Part shown: positions 62,111-64,000 of the stretch, one piece after another
Layout of the letters: every line of letters begins with the position of its first letter
Numbering within the stretch: position 1 is the stretch's first letter
Source: an uncultured Caldisericota bacterium
Lineage (GTDB): Bacteria > Caldisericota > Caldisericia > UBA6126
Assembly: GCA_964427915.1 (NCBI GenBank)
Contig: CAYRWA010000030.1
Coordinates: forward strand, 1,592-65,591
Direction of reading: 5' to 3'
Length of the DNA stretch: 64,000 nucleotides
The notes under the pieces: generated by a model
Database searches by the model: none
What the model was told of the DNA's origin: nothing
What the model saw: only the letters and a program-made list of their open reading frames with translations
Translations under genes and position numbers: made by a program

Positions 62111-62857
62111 ATGTCCACTGTAAAAACAAGTGCTATCATAACGAAAGCAACACCATATCGCGAACATGACAAACTACTCACCTTGTTTACGCTAAACCGG
62201 GGAAAAATTACAGCACTGTGCAAAAAATCAAGGCACACCCTAAATCGATGGAATTCTTCTTTTGAACCACCCTTGTTGTGTCAGGTTCAGCTCTATGAAA
62301 AAAATCAGTATTATACGATCACGGAAATTGATGTAGAAGAGCCTTATCTAACGCTTAGTCGATCGTATCAAAATATGTTGACCGTTCAATCTATGTCTCA
62401 TATTGTCGAACACTTTACAATGCCTGAAATGGAACAAAGTTCCTTGTTTTATTTACTTCAATCTATCTTGTATACATTGGAAAAAAAGGAATGTTCTGGT
62501 CTCTTTGCAATGTACTACTTTGCTTTGCAGTTTTTAAAAGAATCAGGCTTTACTCTACAATTCAAAACATGTGCAAAATGCAACGCAGCATTTACGGAGA
62601 AGTGGTTTTCATTTTCGCTTCAGCACAACCTACTATTCTGTCATCAATGTACGTTGCGCAATAGTATTTATCCTCGATTTGATTGGTCCCTTTTAGCACA
62701 ACTTGAAACACTGTACTATATTTCTTTTCACGAAATGAAACAAAATGCAGACTTTCTTTTCAATTATTCAGAAATCGATAGAATAATGAAAGAACTTTAC
62801 AAAGGCTTTCTTTCTAAGGAATGCTTAACGATACATCATTTGAATAGCTTTTTATAA
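62111..62857 (+). CDS. recO: DNA repair protein RecO
   Basis: Y.EHDKLLTLFT..RGKI; CxxC...CxxC Zn motif. Confidence 0.88.
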   Translation: MSTVKTSAIITKATPYREHDKLLTLFTLNRGKITALCKKSRHTLNRWNSSFEPPLLCQVQLYEKNQYYTITEIDVEEPYLTLSRSYQNMLTVQSMSHIVEHFTMPEMEQSSLFYLLQSILYTLEKKECSGLFAMYYFALQFLKESGFTLQFKTCAKCNAAFTEKWFSFSLQHNLLFCHQCTLRNSIYPRFDWSLLAQLETLYYISFHEMKQNADFLFNYSEIDRIMKELYKGFLSKECLTIHHLNSFL

Positions 62858-62867
62858 AGGAGTTACA

Positions 62868-64000
62868 ATGAGAAAGTTGGTTGGTGGGTTTGTTCCAAAA
62901 AATGTAGTTCAAAATCCTGATTTACAAATTTTGCGGGAGTTGGCAAAACAAGATGAAATAACCACAGAATTTGGGAGTCCAGCGTATTGCTCAAAAGTCA
63001 TGAATCGAAGTGCGAAATTTACGGAAATCATTTACGACGAACCGAGTGACAAGCAAAAAGCACTTATTGAGGCTGGATTAGGGAGCATCAAAGAAAGACC
63101 TATGATAGAGCTTTTTCGGTGCATAGGCAACAATGCTTCTTGTACCATAGGTTGTAGACTTCTAATCCCTCAAGATTTCGCCAGATTGGCTTTTTTCTGG
63201 GGGAAGCTTCTTTTTGACAATCCAGATAAAAACGATGATTTGATTACAATTGTAATACCCGATTGGCCCGAAAGAAAAGTGATTGTTGATGCAAAAAACT
63301 ATGTCACCTATGTGTTTGGAACAGATTATGCGGGAGAAGTGAAAAAATCTTTTTTACGAATGGGTATGTGGTATGTTAAACAAAAACTAGATTGTTTAGG
63401 TCTTCATGCAGGAAGCAAAGTACTTAAGGTAAAGAATCAACAGGGAGTGATTACGGAAAAAGGAGCCATTTTCTTTGGCCTCAGTGGGACTGGAAAATCA
63501 ACCTTAACCTGTCATGATCATTATCTTAACAAGCCAGAAGGTGTCATTATTCGGCAAGATGATGTTATTTTCTTGAATAGAAAAGGAACATGCTATGGTT
63601 CTGAGAATAACTTCTATATCAAAACAGAAGGATTAGAACCCAAATATCAACGAGTTATGTACCAGGCTTTTACCAGTCAAAATGCCTCAATGGATAATGT
63701 GGCAGTTTCCAAAGATGGGTCAGTCAACCTTGAAGATGTTTCTCGCACAACAAACGGCAGGGCTGTTGTATGCCGAAAAGATATGGACGATACAGACCAA
63801 TCAATTGATTTGCCAAAGGTTCATATGATTTTCTTTATTACACGCCGAGAAGATATTATCCCTCCCATAGCAAAGCTAACCCCTTTACAAGCAGCTGCCT
63901 TTTTTATGCTTGGTGAATCCATTGAAACCTCTGCTGGAGATCCAGAAAAAGCTGGCCAATCCAAGCGGGAAGTAGGAACAAATCCTTTCATCATAGGCTC
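62868..64000 (+). CDS. pckA: Phosphoenolpyruvate carboxykinase (ATP), runs off the window
   Basis: Manual translation: NRSAKFT, GTDYAGEVKKS, LHAGSK, FFGLSGTGKSTL, QDD, NGRA, GTNPF. Confidence 0.93.
   Translation, partial: MRKLVGGFVPKNVVQNPDLQILRELAKQDEITTEFGSPAYCSKVMNRSAKFTEIIYDEPSDKQKALIEAGLGSIKERPMIELFRCIGNNASCTIGCRLLIPQDFARLAFFWGKLLFDNPDKNDDLITIVIPDWPERKVIVDAKNYVTYVFGTDYAGEVKKSFLRMGMWYVKQKLDCLGLHAGSKVLKVKNQQGVITEKGAIFFGLSGTGKSTLTCHDHYLNKPEGVIIRQDDVIFLNRKGTCYGSENNFYIKTEGLEPKYQRVMYQAFTSQNASMDNVAVSKDGSVNLEDVSRTTNGRAVVCRKDMDDTDQSIDLPKVHMIFFITRREDIIPPIAKLTPLQAAAFFMLGESIETSAGDPEKAGQSKREVGTNPFIIG

Overview
Gene-dense, AT-rich bacterial chromosomal segment, probably from an anaerobe. Several surface proteins end in copper-amine-oxidase N-terminal 'stalk' domains, which suggests Caldisericota or a similar Terrabacteria lineage (inference only). 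Housekeeping content includes obgE, rpmA, ispDF, accBC, a folate cluster, gcvT, split transketolase, ligA, a membrane pyrophosphatase, three M42 peptidases, two trkA-like genes, guaA, recO, pckA, tRNA-Val and tRNA-Thr. I found no CRISPR array, transposase or integrase. The most unusual region is a Tad/Flp pilus operon (37.5-47.7 kb). It is headed by a kinase-pseudokinase-TM-stalk receptor. Its TadC carries a C-terminal Ig-like extension behind a signal-peptidase-like site, and its only Flp pilin is fused behind a DUF192 domain. Other highlights: a folate pathway that appears built from bypass enzymes (FolE2, a CExxHGH PTPS-I/III, FolP with a reductase-like extension, and a possible FolC2), an active-M23/inactive-M23/bactofilin module, a degenerate PfkA, an SBBP protein with a peptidoglycan-binding and lysozyme-like tail, and two regulatory-looking hairpins. 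All assignments come from motif reading, without database searches.
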